Below are positions 10,799-21,029 of a stretch of 64,000 bases of DNA, piece by piece (position 1 is the first letter of the stretch; the number at the start of each line of letters is the position of its first letter). Position numbers and translations under genes: made by a program. The stretch spans positions 1,408,001-1,472,000 of the forward strand of contig CBDFIJ010000004.1 of assembly GCA_965248055.1 (NCBI GenBank), in the 5' to 3' direction. The notes below the pieces were generated by a model. The model was not told the origin of the DNA. It saw only the letters and a program-made list of their open reading frames with translations, and searched no databases. This DNA is from Candidatus Multivoradales bacterium (GTDB taxonomy: Bacteria; Acidobacteriota; Thermoanaerobaculia; Multivoradales; JAHEKO01).

Positions 10799-11338
10799 CT
10801 AAAACGTATTGAGTTCGCTGGCGTCTTCCAGGGGTATTGATTCAGCCCAGGCGACCGAACTCGGATTACCCAAGGTGTAGCGTTTGATGAACTCTTCAGC
10901 ATCTTTGCGGCGCTTGAACATACGCCAAACAAAGGTATGCCCCGCCGGTGCGGTGAAGTAGGTGTAGTCACGACCGCCTTCAGAAAGGTCAAACCCCAGA
11001 TTGGAATCGCCATTGACGCCAACGCAAGCCATGGCGATCGAACGATAGGCCAGAGCCAGTGCTTTGATCGCTTCTTCCAGCTCGCCGAGCTCTTCGCGCG
11101 ATTGCTGAGTATGAAGAAGCGCAATATGATTTGGGTCTTGTTCCGCCAGCAAGGTATAGGGAACATGCTGATGATCCATCGCGTCGCGGGAATCAGCCGT
11201 GGTGACAAAAACCGACTCGGTGCCGTCAACCTTGTAGGTGATCGCCAAAGATTCCTGCGGCAACTCGGTAAAGACCTCGCGTAGAATCGAATCGTCCTCG
11301 ATGGTGAAATAAAAAAGTCGTCGTTGGCGTCTACTCAT
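10799..11338 (-). CDS. Hypothetical protein
   Basis: 179 aa acidic ORF whose stop directly abuts the xseA start; no family recognised. Confidence 0.75.
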   Translation of the reverse strand: MSRRQRRLFYFTIEDDSILREVFTELPQESLAITYKVDGTESVFVTTADSRDAMDHQHVPYTLLAEQDPNHIALLHTQQSREELGELEEAIKALALAYRSIAMACVGVNGDSNLGFDLSEGGRDYTYFTAPAGHTFVWRMFKRRKDAEEFIKRYTLGNPSSVAWAESIPLEDASELNTF

Positions 11339-11512
11339 AGTGTGCTCTCAAGAGGTGGTAATACCTCAATTGTTTGATGGTTCAGTCGTTCGATGTCTAC
11401 CCACCTTGGCGTCGGGTGAGTGGATCCACAATCCGCTCATCTGCCGTGTTCTTGCGCTGTTTGCAAGAACGGCAACATGCCCGGACTGGTATTTTACCCC
11501 CAGCGTCAACCC

Positions 11513-12211
11513 CTACGGTAATGGGCTTTGAATGCTTGAGCCCGCCCCGGTCACACTCAAGTATTCCCGAAGACGGACACCTTCCTCTGCGGTCATCTGT
11601 TCCAAGGTCAAAGTGGTCGAGGATCCGGGCTCCGGAAGGGGCACAATCGCGGTGGTGAACACCCGTTCCAACAGACTGCAATCGACGCCAAAGATCGACA
11701 AGGCGATGTTGCAGACACCAAATAGTTGTTGTCCCAACCCGCTTTCAATGCGCAAACTCACCGTCTTCGGTAGCCATACCGTAACCACCCGAACTTCGCC
11801 ATCGGGAAGAAAAAAGAAGCGCAGTTTACCTTCCACTTCCACCTCTTGTTCAGGAATCACCACATGATCGCCCAAGTTCCCAGCCGAGCCCAGAGCGTCA
11901 ATCTTTGCCAACAGATCCCCTTGGCCTTCAAAACGCACCCGCGTCCGCGACTCGAAGACTCCGTCCTGCAACGGTCGCAGTCGCAACTGGTGCTCTAGAA
12001 TCGATAGTTGATGTTCCGGCGATGAAAGGGTCATGCTCACGGGTCCGTCCGATGACCACTCCACATCGACCCCCGAGCGATAATAAGTATCGTTCATCTT
12101 GCTGAAAGTAAATTCGCTCCATGACTCCTCAACGGAACCAATAGAGGGAGCCGAACCGATACCGACCCATAGACACAGGGCCATTAGCAGAGTCTTAGTT
12201 CTCATAGACAT
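11513..12211 (-). CDS. Secreted hypothetical protein
   Basis: 232 aa with signal-peptide-like N-terminus and beta-rich body. Confidence 0.7.
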   Translation of the reverse strand: MSMRTKTLLMALCLWVGIGSAPSIGSVEESWSEFTFSKMNDTYYRSGVDVEWSSDGPVSMTLSSPEHQLSILEHQLRLRPLQDGVFESRTRVRFEGQGDLLAKIDALGSAGNLGDHVVIPEQEVEVEGKLRFFFLPDGEVRVVTVWLPKTVSLRIESGLGQQLFGVCNIALSIFGVDCSLLERVFTTAIVPLPEPGSSTTLTLEQMTAEEGVRLREYLSVTGAGSSIQSPLP

Positions 12212-12276
12212 AGAGAGAATTCTAACAGGCGATCGAACTCGACAAAGAAGGTGAAATCAAAGTCCCACGAGGCCGA

Positions 12277-14964
12277 CTAGTAGATGTACCCACCAATCGT
12301 ACGAGCGCGATGACCTCTCTTGCGTACTTTAACTTCAACCTCGTGGAAGGAGCCCAACTCTCCGGGCGGACTCGGAGCATACGCCAACAAAACCTGGTTT
12401 CTCAGTTCTTCCGCAATACTCTCGTAAACCCCTTCCAACTCCTTAGCTTTGGAGATCTCGAACGCCAAACCGCCAGTCTTCTCCGCCAACTGCGCCAGTT
12501 GCCTTCGGAAAGAACCTTTTGCGATCGCCAAGCCAATGGTGTAAACCGAAGTACCACTCGCCTGCGCATAGCCCATCGCGGTTTCAAAATCGATCCGACT
12601 GGCTGTGTCCTCGCCGTCTGACAACAGGACCAACACTTTGCGGCCTTCAAATCCGCGAGCGAAAAACAAGCTGGTGACCAGGGCATCGTTGAGCGCCGTT
12701 CCTCCGTAGGAGATCAGGCTATTGAGGCTCTGACGCGCCAAGTCGAAGTCGTCGGTGGGTGGCGTCAATACCTTGGCCGTACCGGAGAAGGCGATGGTGA
12801 ACACCCGATCTTGAGGGCGAATCGCGCTGTCGAGAAATCCCAGCACCGCGCGTTTCGCCTCCGGTAGTGCATTCTTCATCGAGCTCGAGGTATCGATGGC
12901 AAAGCCAACCACCAACGGGGAATCACGAACTTCTTCAAACTTCTCCAGTTGCTGGAGATTTCCGTTGTCATAAACCTCAAAGTCTTCGGCAGCAAAACCC
13001 TGAGCAGGTCGACCCGAGGAATCGGTCACGGTGGTCAACAGCTCCACCAGCTTGACGTCCACCCTCTCCAGTAACTCCGGTGCATTGAGGAATCGCACGT
13101 CCTCCACCCGGGCGCCGGTGGTGAGGGTCGCCGTGGCGGCCAAGTAGGCGACCACGCCCTTCGCAGGTGCGGTGAAGTAGGTCTCCCAGGGAGGTGCCGT
13201 CAAAGTGGCAATGGTCTGGTCGTCGAGGGCGAACTCCAGCCGATCGATCCGTCGTTCCGGCGGCAAGGTGACCTCCACTCGAACCGTTGCGACCCCTGGT
13301 GTAATTTCTTGATTGGGTCGCGGATCGACGATCTTGACTGAGAAAACACCGCGCGGCTGATTGATCACCAGTTCGTCAGAGGCCACAACAACGCCGTCCG
13401 CATCCAATGCTTCGGCTCGAACTCGCTGCTGGCGTGGGATATCCGCCAGCCGCAGCTCGGCGGCGAAGGGCGGCTTAGTGCGGGTCAATTGCGGCTTGTC
13501 ATCGACTGAAAAGACCACCTTGGCGACCGGTCCGACAACAACCGCTTCGGTATCAAAAACCCCAAACAAAACATCTTCGACCGGTGGCACCAGATAGAGA
13601 ATCGTGCGACTCAATGCCTTCTCTCGCATCACGTGTTCTAGCCCGGTCTCCGCCTGCAATCCGCTATCCCCGATCCCCTTCGGGGGCTTGACCGGCAGCC
13701 GTGGAACCTCGAAGGACTGCTCCAGGTACACCTTGCGACCACTGGTGGGATCGGTGACCCGGAGCCTGGCAGTCAACTCAGTACCGGGGCGTAGCGCCTC
13801 CGAAAAGGCAACGTGAATTCCTTCTTCTGGGTCTTCGAGTTCATCCAGCGGTAAGCGGAAGCGTAGTCGGAAGCGATCGAATGCCTCCTCACCCTGCTCC
13901 AAGATTCCTTCGACCACCAGCCTAAGTTCAGGATCGATGGCGCCCCGCTCTTCGCTAGATTCGAACTCACGAAATTCGGACATGGTGGCCGTTTGAGTCG
14001 AGGAATGGACTTCCCCGGTCCATGTACCGTCGACCGGAACTCGCTGAGGATCGCCATCGTCACTCGGTGCCTCGGCAGTGGGCTCGATCTGAGATAGATC
14101 GGTCGCATCGACGATGAATAGCGTCTCCATCCGCTGGCGGGTCAACTTGGGGAAAAATAGTTGAAACGAAACATCGCTCAGTGTCGTCGAGGACAGCGCC
14201 AAGGTCGGATCTTCGCCGCTATCCGGAAAGACCGTCGCAGTCCACGCCACCGGATCGCTGGGAGGTGCGACCATTGCCAAGATCTGTTGATCGGTGGGTC
14301 GCACTTTCCGGGGTTTGAATAAACCGTCGACCCCGGTAGCTTCATCAATTTGCTTCCAGGCTTCACAGGTACGCTTGTCAAAGCGCTTGCCCTTAATGAA
14401 CTGCTTGAACTCGTCCCACTGCTCCATGTAGTAGCGCATCTCGTAGGAGTAGAGCATCGGCTTGCCATCGGTCGGCAGCCACAGACGAAACGAACCCTCA
14501 TCCCCCTGGTAGAACACTAACGCGGCGTCATTCTCACCGTACTGCCAGATTTCCATCGACTTGAACACGAAGCCGCAGTCGACCTCCAGTGTGCTGGTCG
14601 GCTCGCCCCGGAGAAACACCACCTTGGAGCGATCGTCATTGGGGGTTAGATAGAGGTCCCGGTACAAGCGACGGCGTATCTCGACCGCCTTCTGCACCAC
14701 GTCAACAGCCAGCAATTCCTCGACCTTCGCTAGATAGGCTGCGTCATCCAGATCGGACGATTCGGCAATCAACCAGCCCGGCCCAGCGTCTAATGATCGA
14801 TCCAACGATTCAGCCGCGTTAGCGCGGGAAAACCCCAAGCTCAGCAACACGAGCGCCGCAATCATCACCAGCGCAAAGGACATCCGTTGTAGCGGCTGAG
14901 AAACAGAGGGAGACACCCTTGCTGCCGCACAGACTCGAGTTGTGGAATTCATTTCGATAGGCAT
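12277..14964 (-). CDS. VWA-domain protein (acidobacterial type) with GWxTD-like N-terminal region and Ig-like domains
   Basis: MIDAS DTSSS, GGTALND, LLSDGED in the C-terminal VWA; DDRSKVVFLRGEP...EIWQY resembles GWxTD domains; start uncertain (14883-15003). Confidence 0.8.
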   Translation of the reverse strand: MPIEMNSTTRVCAAARVSPSVSQPLQRMSFALVMIAALVLLSLGFSRANAAESLDRSLDAGPGWLIAESSDLDDAAYLAKVEELLAVDVVQKAVEIRRRLYRDLYLTPNDDRSKVVFLRGEPTSTLEVDCGFVFKSMEIWQYGENDAALVFYQGDEGSFRLWLPTDGKPMLYSYEMRYYMEQWDEFKQFIKGKRFDKRTCEAWKQIDEATGVDGLFKPRKVRPTDQQILAMVAPPSDPVAWTATVFPDSGEDPTLALSSTTLSDVSFQLFFPKLTRQRMETLFIVDATDLSQIEPTAEAPSDDGDPQRVPVDGTWTGEVHSSTQTATMSEFREFESSEERGAIDPELRLVVEGILEQGEEAFDRFRLRFRLPLDELEDPEEGIHVAFSEALRPGTELTARLRVTDPTSGRKVYLEQSFEVPRLPVKPPKGIGDSGLQAETGLEHVMREKALSRTILYLVPPVEDVLFGVFDTEAVVVGPVAKVVFSVDDKPQLTRTKPPFAAELRLADIPRQQRVRAEALDADGVVVASDELVINQPRGVFSVKIVDPRPNQEITPGVATVRVEVTLPPERRIDRLEFALDDQTIATLTAPPWETYFTAPAKGVVAYLAATATLTTGARVEDVRFLNAPELLERVDVKLVELLTTVTDSSGRPAQGFAAEDFEVYDNGNLQQLEKFEEVRDSPLVVGFAIDTSSSMKNALPEAKRAVLGFLDSAIRPQDRVFTIAFSGTAKVLTPPTDDFDLARQSLNSLISYGGTALNDALVTSLFFARGFEGRKVLVLLSDGEDTASRIDFETAMGYAQASGTSVYTIGLAIAKGSFRRQLAQLAEKTGGLAFEISKAKELEGVYESIAEELRNQVLLAYAPSPPGELGSFHEVEVKVRKRGHRARTIGGYIY

Positions 14965-15054
14965 CGTCTTACCCCGGAAAGCAATACGGGTGCCACGCGG
15001 CAAAAGCCTCTGACAGGTGCTGTAGTCCGAGAATCAGCCTAATCGAGATTCGGT

Positions 15055-15483
15055 CTATTCGAGACTCGCCGAACGTCCCTCAAACTCTCCGATCGCCGTA
15101 CGCAACCCCGAGGGCAGTTCCATGGATCGACTTTCCTGGTAGTTGGCCCAGGCCACCACTCCGTCGCCTTCTGCCGCCAACTCCCCGGACCCCAGATCGA
15201 TAATTTGGTAGCCCATGACAAAACTACGGTTTCGGATTTCTTTCACCCGAGCTCGCACTTCGAGCTGCGCCGGATAGTGCAGTTGACGGCGGAAATTGCA
15301 ATTGGTTGCCACCAACGCCGGACCGGTGGTCGCGGTCAGGAAACGGTCGATCTCAATCGCTGCAAAATACCCCATGCGAGCACTCTCCATGAAAGTGAAG
15401 TACTTGGCGTTGTTGACATGGCCGATGGCGTCTTGGTCGCCCCAACGCAGGGTGATCGGTTCAGCGTGTGGATAGTGGGTCAT
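15055..15483 (-). CDS. Acyl-CoA thioesterase (4HBT/hot-dog fold)
   Basis: WGDQDAIGHVNNAKYFTFMESAR motif. Confidence 0.92.
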   Translation of the reverse strand: MTHYPHAEPITLRWGDQDAIGHVNNAKYFTFMESARMGYFAAIEIDRFLTATTGPALVATNCNFRRQLHYPAQLEVRARVKEIRNRSFVMGYQIIDLGSGELAAEGDGVVAWANYQESRSMELPSGLRTAIGEFEGRSASLE

Positions 15484-15818
15484 TGCCGGAGTCTATGTCG
15501 CTGACCGGTCTTTGCTCGCATGGAAGACGCCAAACAACGTCGTAGTAGGGGCCGGAGCGATCGATACTGCTAGGGCGACCACTGACGTTGCGCCACGACG
15601 GTGATCTATTGCTTTTTTCTCCGGCAGCAACAGGCAAGGTGACACTCGGATGTCTGTCGATACACCCAGCACCATATTGCAACCGTTTGCTCGATTCACA
15701 TCATCCAGACAGCACAACCGTATGTTATTGTCCCCGATGACAACCGGATATTGGGCTACTTGTAGTGTGCCGCGCAACCTGGATGCGGTGATCACAAGGG
15801 CGCCAGGAGGCTCCTACG

Positions 15819-18743
15819 ATGGCGTTTCGGTGGAAATGGAGTGCAACCAAACTACTCGCAGACCTTGAACGATGGGTCGCGCGATGGAAGTCACCCAAAA
15901 TACTAGTGGGGCTAGCGGTGTTCGCATCCCCTCTTTTCTTTGCCCTGTTGATCCACAGTGCGGTTCTGAAGCAGGAAGTCGTCAACACCCATCGAGACGA
16001 ACTGCGGATTCGGGTCGAGGCAAAAGAGGCTTTGACGATTGGCGACTGGCAGGCTCCGAACACTCAATCACTTGATCAGCGAAGACAGGGCTACAGCCCC
16101 GCGGAAGCAGCCTCCTGGTTCAAGAGCATCGGCTCTCGGCGCTTCGGCTATGGACTCAGCCAAATCTTCCTGGATACCCCTTTGGCTGGGCTCTACGCGA
16201 CTTTGATGCTCTTTTGGTTAATCCACTGTGGTGAGGGTTCATTTGAACGACGACCAGCACTACGTTGGTTTCTAGTCGCGCCGATTTGCGCCGGTGTTTT
16301 CGACATTTTGGAGAACCTCTCCACAGCGAGCCTCGCCTTCTTGGAAAACGACTCCGTATGGCTTGCAAAAGCTGCCTCGCTGGCGACTGTGACCAAGTGG
16401 CTGTGCCTGGGGATCGTTCTGTTGGCGATGCTAACCTTGGGGAGACACACCCTGAAGGCGCTTGTCCATGGACTGGTGCTGATGCGTGTGCCCTTGACCA
16501 TGGCTGCGATTCTGATCTTGCTACCAGTCCTCGCGGTGTCCGGGCCTGCGGCAGTGCGCAGTGTCGTCTATGGGTTGGGTGGTTGGGGACTTTTTGGATC
16601 GGCTCTGCTCACGACCCTCACCGCAGGATTGGTGGCCCACACAGGTGTCCTAATTTGGGAGCGGGCGCCGGTACGCTTCCACGCTGAGGAGTTCTGGGTA
16701 CTGCGAGCGGGGCCATTGAGGGTGCTCTTGCAAAGCTGGTTGGTCGCGAGTCTTGCGGTTCCCCTGGTTGCACTTATGAGTACAACAAAAGCAGAAGGCT
16801 CGTCTGCTTGGCCGGGAATCGCAGGTCTCGTTGTTGCTGGCTTAATTTTAATCGCTATCGTCTGGCTACATGCCATCTTACGACCTCGACTGGTCGGATG
16901 GCTTCAGCGACTTCGCCGAGTACCAACCCCTTCCTCCAACACCATTCGTGCCCTTCTCGGGCCAGGATACTCGTCCGAGAGTTTGCAAGGCGACGCTCGG
17001 TGGCGCCTGGGTCACCTCTATTCGACTCTTCTGTTGTTCACCCTGCTGTTTATCTACGCAGTGGTCGGTACACTCGGCGACCCTGGCAACGACTTTCACC
17101 TTCCAGCGCTAGTCTTCATCCTATTGTTGGTAATGGTTCTTGGCTCACTTTTGTCAGGACTAACGTTCTTTCTCGACCGCTACCGTGTCCCATTGTCGTT
17201 GGCACTCTTCGTTTGGCTGGCGTTGGTCGGAGTCTTGCGCCCACGGCCTCACACGGTCTTGGTTGCAGAGCCGGCGCCAAGGCAAACAGGTGAGGGTCGG
17301 AATTCCAGCGACCTCGACTGGCTATTGCTGGGTACTGATCCGGTTGATGCCGCGGCCAAGCGGCTACAACAAGCAACGCAGGGCTCGAATCGCCCCGTGC
17401 TGACAGTGGTAACAGCAGCCGGTGGCGGAATCCAGGCATCGGCGTGGACAACTAGGGTGCTAACTGGGCTCCAGAAATCTATCGGTAACGAATTCACCAG
17501 ATCTATCCACTTGATTAGTGCCGTCTCAGGGGGATCAACTGGATCCTATCTGTTCGCTGAGAGCTTCAACAGCGACCTCGGAGCACCTCCAGACGATCTC
17601 CTGGAGAAAATATTCGACACCTCAATGGAACCGAGCCTCGCCGAAGCTGGATGGGGCCTCGCTTTTGCCGATGTTCTAAGGTCGTTTGTCCCTTTCACGA
17701 TTTCCGACAAAGAACTCCATCGCGATCGAGGCTGGGCGATGGAGCAAGCCTGGCGCGAGGACGCCTTGGAACTGAAGCGTGCGGCCGAATGCGGCGACCG
17801 TTGCTCGGCACAACAGTCAGCCGCAATCAAGGGATCCTCGCTCGCGCAGTGGGCGCAGAAAGCGGAAAACGGATCACTGCCCGGGATTATCCTCAACTCA
17901 ACTATCGTTGACGATGGTCAGCAGGCGTTGTTTTCCAACCTCAACTTGTGCCGTTTGCAGGAGGTACAAAGGCAACCATTCAAAGGACGGAGTCAGAAAG
18001 TTTCGGACCCATCGCTGCGTCGCCATTTCCCCGATCCTGGGAGTATCAACACCAGAAAGACCAACTGCCCCAACAGCTCGGACGGGCGAGGTCTACCGAA
18101 CCTGGACGCTTCAACCGCCGCTCGACTCTCTGCAACCTTTCCCTGGGTCAGTCCGGTAGCGCGCATTGATTTGCATCCAGATGACAAGCTCAGCGGCCCT
18201 GGATACCATTTTGCCGACGGTGGCTACTTCGACAATTTCGGGACCATGGCGGCGATTCAGTGGTTACGGCTGCTGGCCCACGACAACCGTGCCCCACTTT
18301 CCAGTTACGACGCCATTTTGTTCATTGAGATCAACGCTTTTCCCCAACGGCCGGATCTACCCCCAGACACCCGCCGTTCGGGCTTGTTGTACAGTTTCCT
18401 CGGACCGCTGAAAACAATGCTGGAAGTTCAGACCTCCAGCCAGCTCAGCCGTGGGCTACTGGAACTTGACTTAGTGCGAAACGAGATCACCCACATACTT
18501 GCGGAAAACGCACTCGCAACCGGTTCACAATCACCAACACTGCACTTTTTCGAATTTCGCCCACCCGAGACCTACCTCCACGATCCGCCTCTGTCGTGGA
18601 AACTATCAGGCCCGGAGCAAACCGCATTGACAGAAGCGTGGAATGCAAATGCCACCCAGGATCAAGTCTGCCGAGTTGATGCGCTGTTCTCCGGTAGTCA
18701 AGGGACGTTGAATTGTGACAACAGAATTCCCGCTACCGGATAG
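15819..18743 (+). CDS. Multi-pass membrane protein with C-terminal patatin-like phospholipase domain
   Basis: Many TM helices, then AAGGGIQA, SAVSGGSTG (nucleophile Ser), LSATFPWVSP, DGGYFDN; AGGAGG RBS. Confidence 0.8.
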   Translation: MAFRWKWSATKLLADLERWVARWKSPKILVGLAVFASPLFFALLIHSAVLKQEVVNTHRDELRIRVEAKEALTIGDWQAPNTQSLDQRRQGYSPAEAASWFKSIGSRRFGYGLSQIFLDTPLAGLYATLMLFWLIHCGEGSFERRPALRWFLVAPICAGVFDILENLSTASLAFLENDSVWLAKAASLATVTKWLCLGIVLLAMLTLGRHTLKALVHGLVLMRVPLTMAAILILLPVLAVSGPAAVRSVVYGLGGWGLFGSALLTTLTAGLVAHTGVLIWERAPVRFHAEEFWVLRAGPLRVLLQSWLVASLAVPLVALMSTTKAEGSSAWPGIAGLVVAGLILIAIVWLHAILRPRLVGWLQRLRRVPTPSSNTIRALLGPGYSSESLQGDARWRLGHLYSTLLLFTLLFIYAVVGTLGDPGNDFHLPALVFILLLVMVLGSLLSGLTFFLDRYRVPLSLALFVWLALVGVLRPRPHTVLVAEPAPRQTGEGRNSSDLDWLLLGTDPVDAAAKRLQQATQGSNRPVLTVVTAAGGGIQASAWTTRVLTGLQKSIGNEFTRSIHLISAVSGGSTGSYLFAESFNSDLGAPPDDLLEKIFDTSMEPSLAEAGWGLAFADVLRSFVPFTISDKELHRDRGWAMEQAWREDALELKRAAECGDRCSAQQSAAIKGSSLAQWAQKAENGSLPGIILNSTIVDDGQQALFSNLNLCRLQEVQRQPFKGRSQKVSDPSLRRHFPDPGSINTRKTNCPNSSDGRGLPNLDASTAARLSATFPWVSPVARIDLHPDDKLSGPGYHFADGGYFDNFGTMAAIQWLRLLAHDNRAPLSSYDAILFIEINAFPQRPDLPPDTRRSGLLYSFLGPLKTMLEVQTSSQLSRGLLELDLVRNEITHILAENALATGSQSPTLHFFEFRPPETYLHDPPLSWKLSGPEQTALTEAWNANATQDQVCRVDALFSGSQGTLNCDNRIPATG

Positions 18744-18915
18744 GGGATATCGCGGTATTTCGGATGTCGCAAAGCTAGCGAACGGCAGATTCTCGCAACC
18801 GGCCGGTATAGATCTTCGATCTGTTGCCGCCATTGTTCTTTGGTTGGTCGTTGCAGAAGCCCATCTCCTGACTTATAAGACGCCCGAACCGGGTATTTTC
18901 GTCACTCGAAATCGG

Positions 18916-19332
18916 CTACAACTGATAGAGCATCCAATACACCACCACGCCAGTGACCGAAACGTAGATCCAGATCGGTAGTGCCCAGCGGGCGATGCGG
19001 CGGTGACGAACAAAGTCTTGGCGAAAGGCCATGGTCAAGACTACGGCGGCGAAGAACGGCACCAGGGCTGCCAGAGCGCTATGGGTGGCAAGGATGGTGA
19101 GGTAGACAGTGCGAATCCAACCGGTACCTTGGAACTTCACCGAGCCGACGTTGTAGTGGTAGGTGAGGTAAGAAATCAGAAAGAGGACGGAGCAGGCAGA
19201 AGCGGTGAGCATGGCCACTTGGTGGCGACCAGTTTGGCGACGCAGAATGAATCGCCATCCGGCGATCAAGCAAACCAAAGAAATCGTGTTGAGGCCAGCG
19301 TTGATGGCTGGTAAGTCGGTGACGTCAAACAT
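18916..19332 (-). CDS. DUF420 family membrane protein (oxidase assembly, CtaM/YozB-like)
   Basis: LPAINAGLN...FLISYL...HRRIARWALPIWIYVSVTGVVVY; last gene of the cox operon. Confidence 0.88.
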   Translation of the reverse strand: MFDVTDLPAINAGLNTISLVCLIAGWRFILRRQTGRHQVAMLTASACSVLFLISYLTYHYNVGSVKFQGTGWIRTVYLTILATHSALAALVPFFAAVVLTMAFRQDFVRHRRIARWALPIWIYVSVTGVVVYWMLYQL

Positions 19333-19360
19333 GCGTCGCCGGGTGAAGCCCCGTAGGAGC

Positions 19361-20176
19361 CTAGGCCGCTAGTCCTTCGACCGCAGCTTCTTCTACGTCT
19401 TCGACTTCCGGCTCAGGTAGCGGTTCGGGCTTGGGAGCCTTTTCAGCCAGCCAAGCATCGAACTCCTCTTGAGTTTCCACTGTCAAGAAACCCCGCATCC
19501 GGTAGTGACCCAAGCCACAAAGTTGAGCGCAGGCAATCTCCCAGCGATCATCGCCATTGGTCATCACTGGTTTGAAATCAATCGGAACCTGTTGCCCCGG
19601 AATTGCGTCCTGCTTGACCCGCATGGTCGGCAGACCAAAGCTGTGGATCACGTCCTTGGAAGAGAGCAAGATCGAAACTGTTTGATCGACCGGCAAGTGC
19701 AACTGGTTGATGCTGACAATGTCGTCGGTAGAGAAAGGATCCTCCGGGTCAAGACCGATCGGATTGCTGGCATTGATCAAGTTGATGTCACCGCGACCAA
19801 ATATCCCGTCAGCTCCCGGATAGTGCACGTTCCAAGCGAACTGCTCGGCGACCACCCGGACTTGCAGCGGGTTTTCTGCCGCATCCGGAACCTTGACCCA
19901 GTTAGCCCAGGCCGGAATGGCGAAAAACAGCAGGATCACCGCTTCGGCGGCGGCCACCGCAATTTCGACCCAGGTCGAGTAATGCTTGGTGGTCCCAGCA
20001 TAGCTAGCCGTGGGGTTTTTCTTGGCGCGAAAACGCCACAGCACGTATAGGAAATAGATTCCCCAACCAACAAACAAAATCGCCATCAGCCAATGCAGGT
20101 AGGCGTTCATCTGGTCCAAAGCTGGACCGTGCTCCGAAGCGTTGGGTGGCATCCAACGGGCGAGAAACTCCCTCAT
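19361..20176 (-). CDS. coxB: Cytochrome c oxidase subunit II
   Basis: Two TM helices, EQFAW, SKDVIHSF, CuA motif CAQLCGLGHYRM; no heme c domain; start reset to MREFLAR after GGAG. Confidence 0.93.
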   Translation of the reverse strand: MREFLARWMPPNASEHGPALDQMNAYLHWLMAILFVGWGIYFLYVLWRFRAKKNPTASYAGTTKHYSTWVEIAVAAAEAVILLFFAIPAWANWVKVPDAAENPLQVRVVAEQFAWNVHYPGADGIFGRGDINLINASNPIGLDPEDPFSTDDIVSINQLHLPVDQTVSILLSSKDVIHSFGLPTMRVKQDAIPGQQVPIDFKPVMTNGDDRWEIACAQLCGLGHYRMRGFLTVETQEEFDAWLAEKAPKPEPLPEPEVEDVEEAAVEGLAA

Positions 20177-20177
20177 C

Positions 20178-20450
20178 TCAAGCTCCTTTGCTGACCTTCT
20201 GAGTATTGGCCTTCGGGTGGTCATCGTCAACCAACCGCTGGTCGCGGGTGCGACGGCGAAACTGAACAAACATGGCGACAAAACCAACTTGGACGGTACC
20301 GATAATGGATAGCAGGACCAAGATCGCGCGATTCAAGCCCTTGGCCTGAGCTGAGTCAGGATCGCTATAGCAAACCGCACAACCCCAAGCCTGGGCGGGC
20401 ACCGCCAAATAAATCGCCAGGAGAACCAAGATCACCAGTCCTCTTTTCAT
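20178..20450 (-). CDS. Small membrane protein with CxxC (CAVC) after a signal peptide
   Basis: MKRGLVILVLLAIYLAVPAQAWGCAVCY... followed by one TM helix; translationally coupled inside the cox operon. Confidence 0.75.
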   Translation of the reverse strand: MKRGLVILVLLAIYLAVPAQAWGCAVCYSDPDSAQAKGLNRAILVLLSIIGTVQVGFVAMFVQFRRRTRDQRLVDDDHPKANTQKVSKGA

Positions 20451-20650
20451 CCGTCCATTTCCTTGACCTTGGTCCAAAACCGAGGTGCGTAGACGGCTAA
20501 CAAGATTCCTAACGCGAGAAACACCACCGCAATCATCAATCCTGAGATCTCACCGTTGTGTTGATATTGAGAAAAACCCCAAATTCCAACCAAGATGGAC
20601 AGCGCCATCGAACAGGCGATAAAGATCAAGTGGACAATTTTTAGCGACAT
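20447..20650 (-). CDS. Small two-TM hypothetical protein
   Basis: 67 aa, MSLKIVHLIFI...; 4-nt overlap with the next gene. Confidence 0.75.
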   Translation of the reverse strand: MSLKIVHLIFIACSMALSILVGIWGFSQYQHNGEISGLMIAVVFLALGILLAVYAPRFWTKVKEMDG

Positions 20651-20658
20651 TTTGCTAG

Positions 20659-20964
20659 CTAGCCAATGGCCGTGCTATTGGCAACGAAGCCCGAAGGCAG
20701 AATCATCAGCATGATGAAAAAGATCGCGGTCAGCAGCAATAGCCAATAGATGGCTTTCTGCGCGTGCGACAGATGCATGAACACCAGGGCCACCAATGAT
20801 CCCTTGACCGCAGCAATCGCTAACGCGATCGCAATCGCAGGACCGATCGAAATATCGAGATAGCTGGCCAATACCGTCACTACGGTAAGGATTGCCAAGG
20901 CGCCGAAAACCAACAAATACACTTTGACTTGTTTTTGGACGGCTGCTGCATCGTGTGAACTCAT
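20659..20964 (-). CDS. Cytochrome c oxidase subunit IV
   Basis: Three TM helices; VKGSLVALVFMHL motif. Confidence 0.88.
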   Translation of the reverse strand: MSSHDAAAVQKQVKVYLLVFGALAILTVVTVLASYLDISIGPAIAIALAIAAVKGSLVALVFMHLSHAQKAIYWLLLLTAIFFIMLMILPSGFVANSTAIG

Positions 20965-21029
20965 GGTTTCTCCGTATTCTCTAGCTACTATTCCCTAAGA
21001 TCCCGTCTTCCAACTTAACCGTCCCCGAA

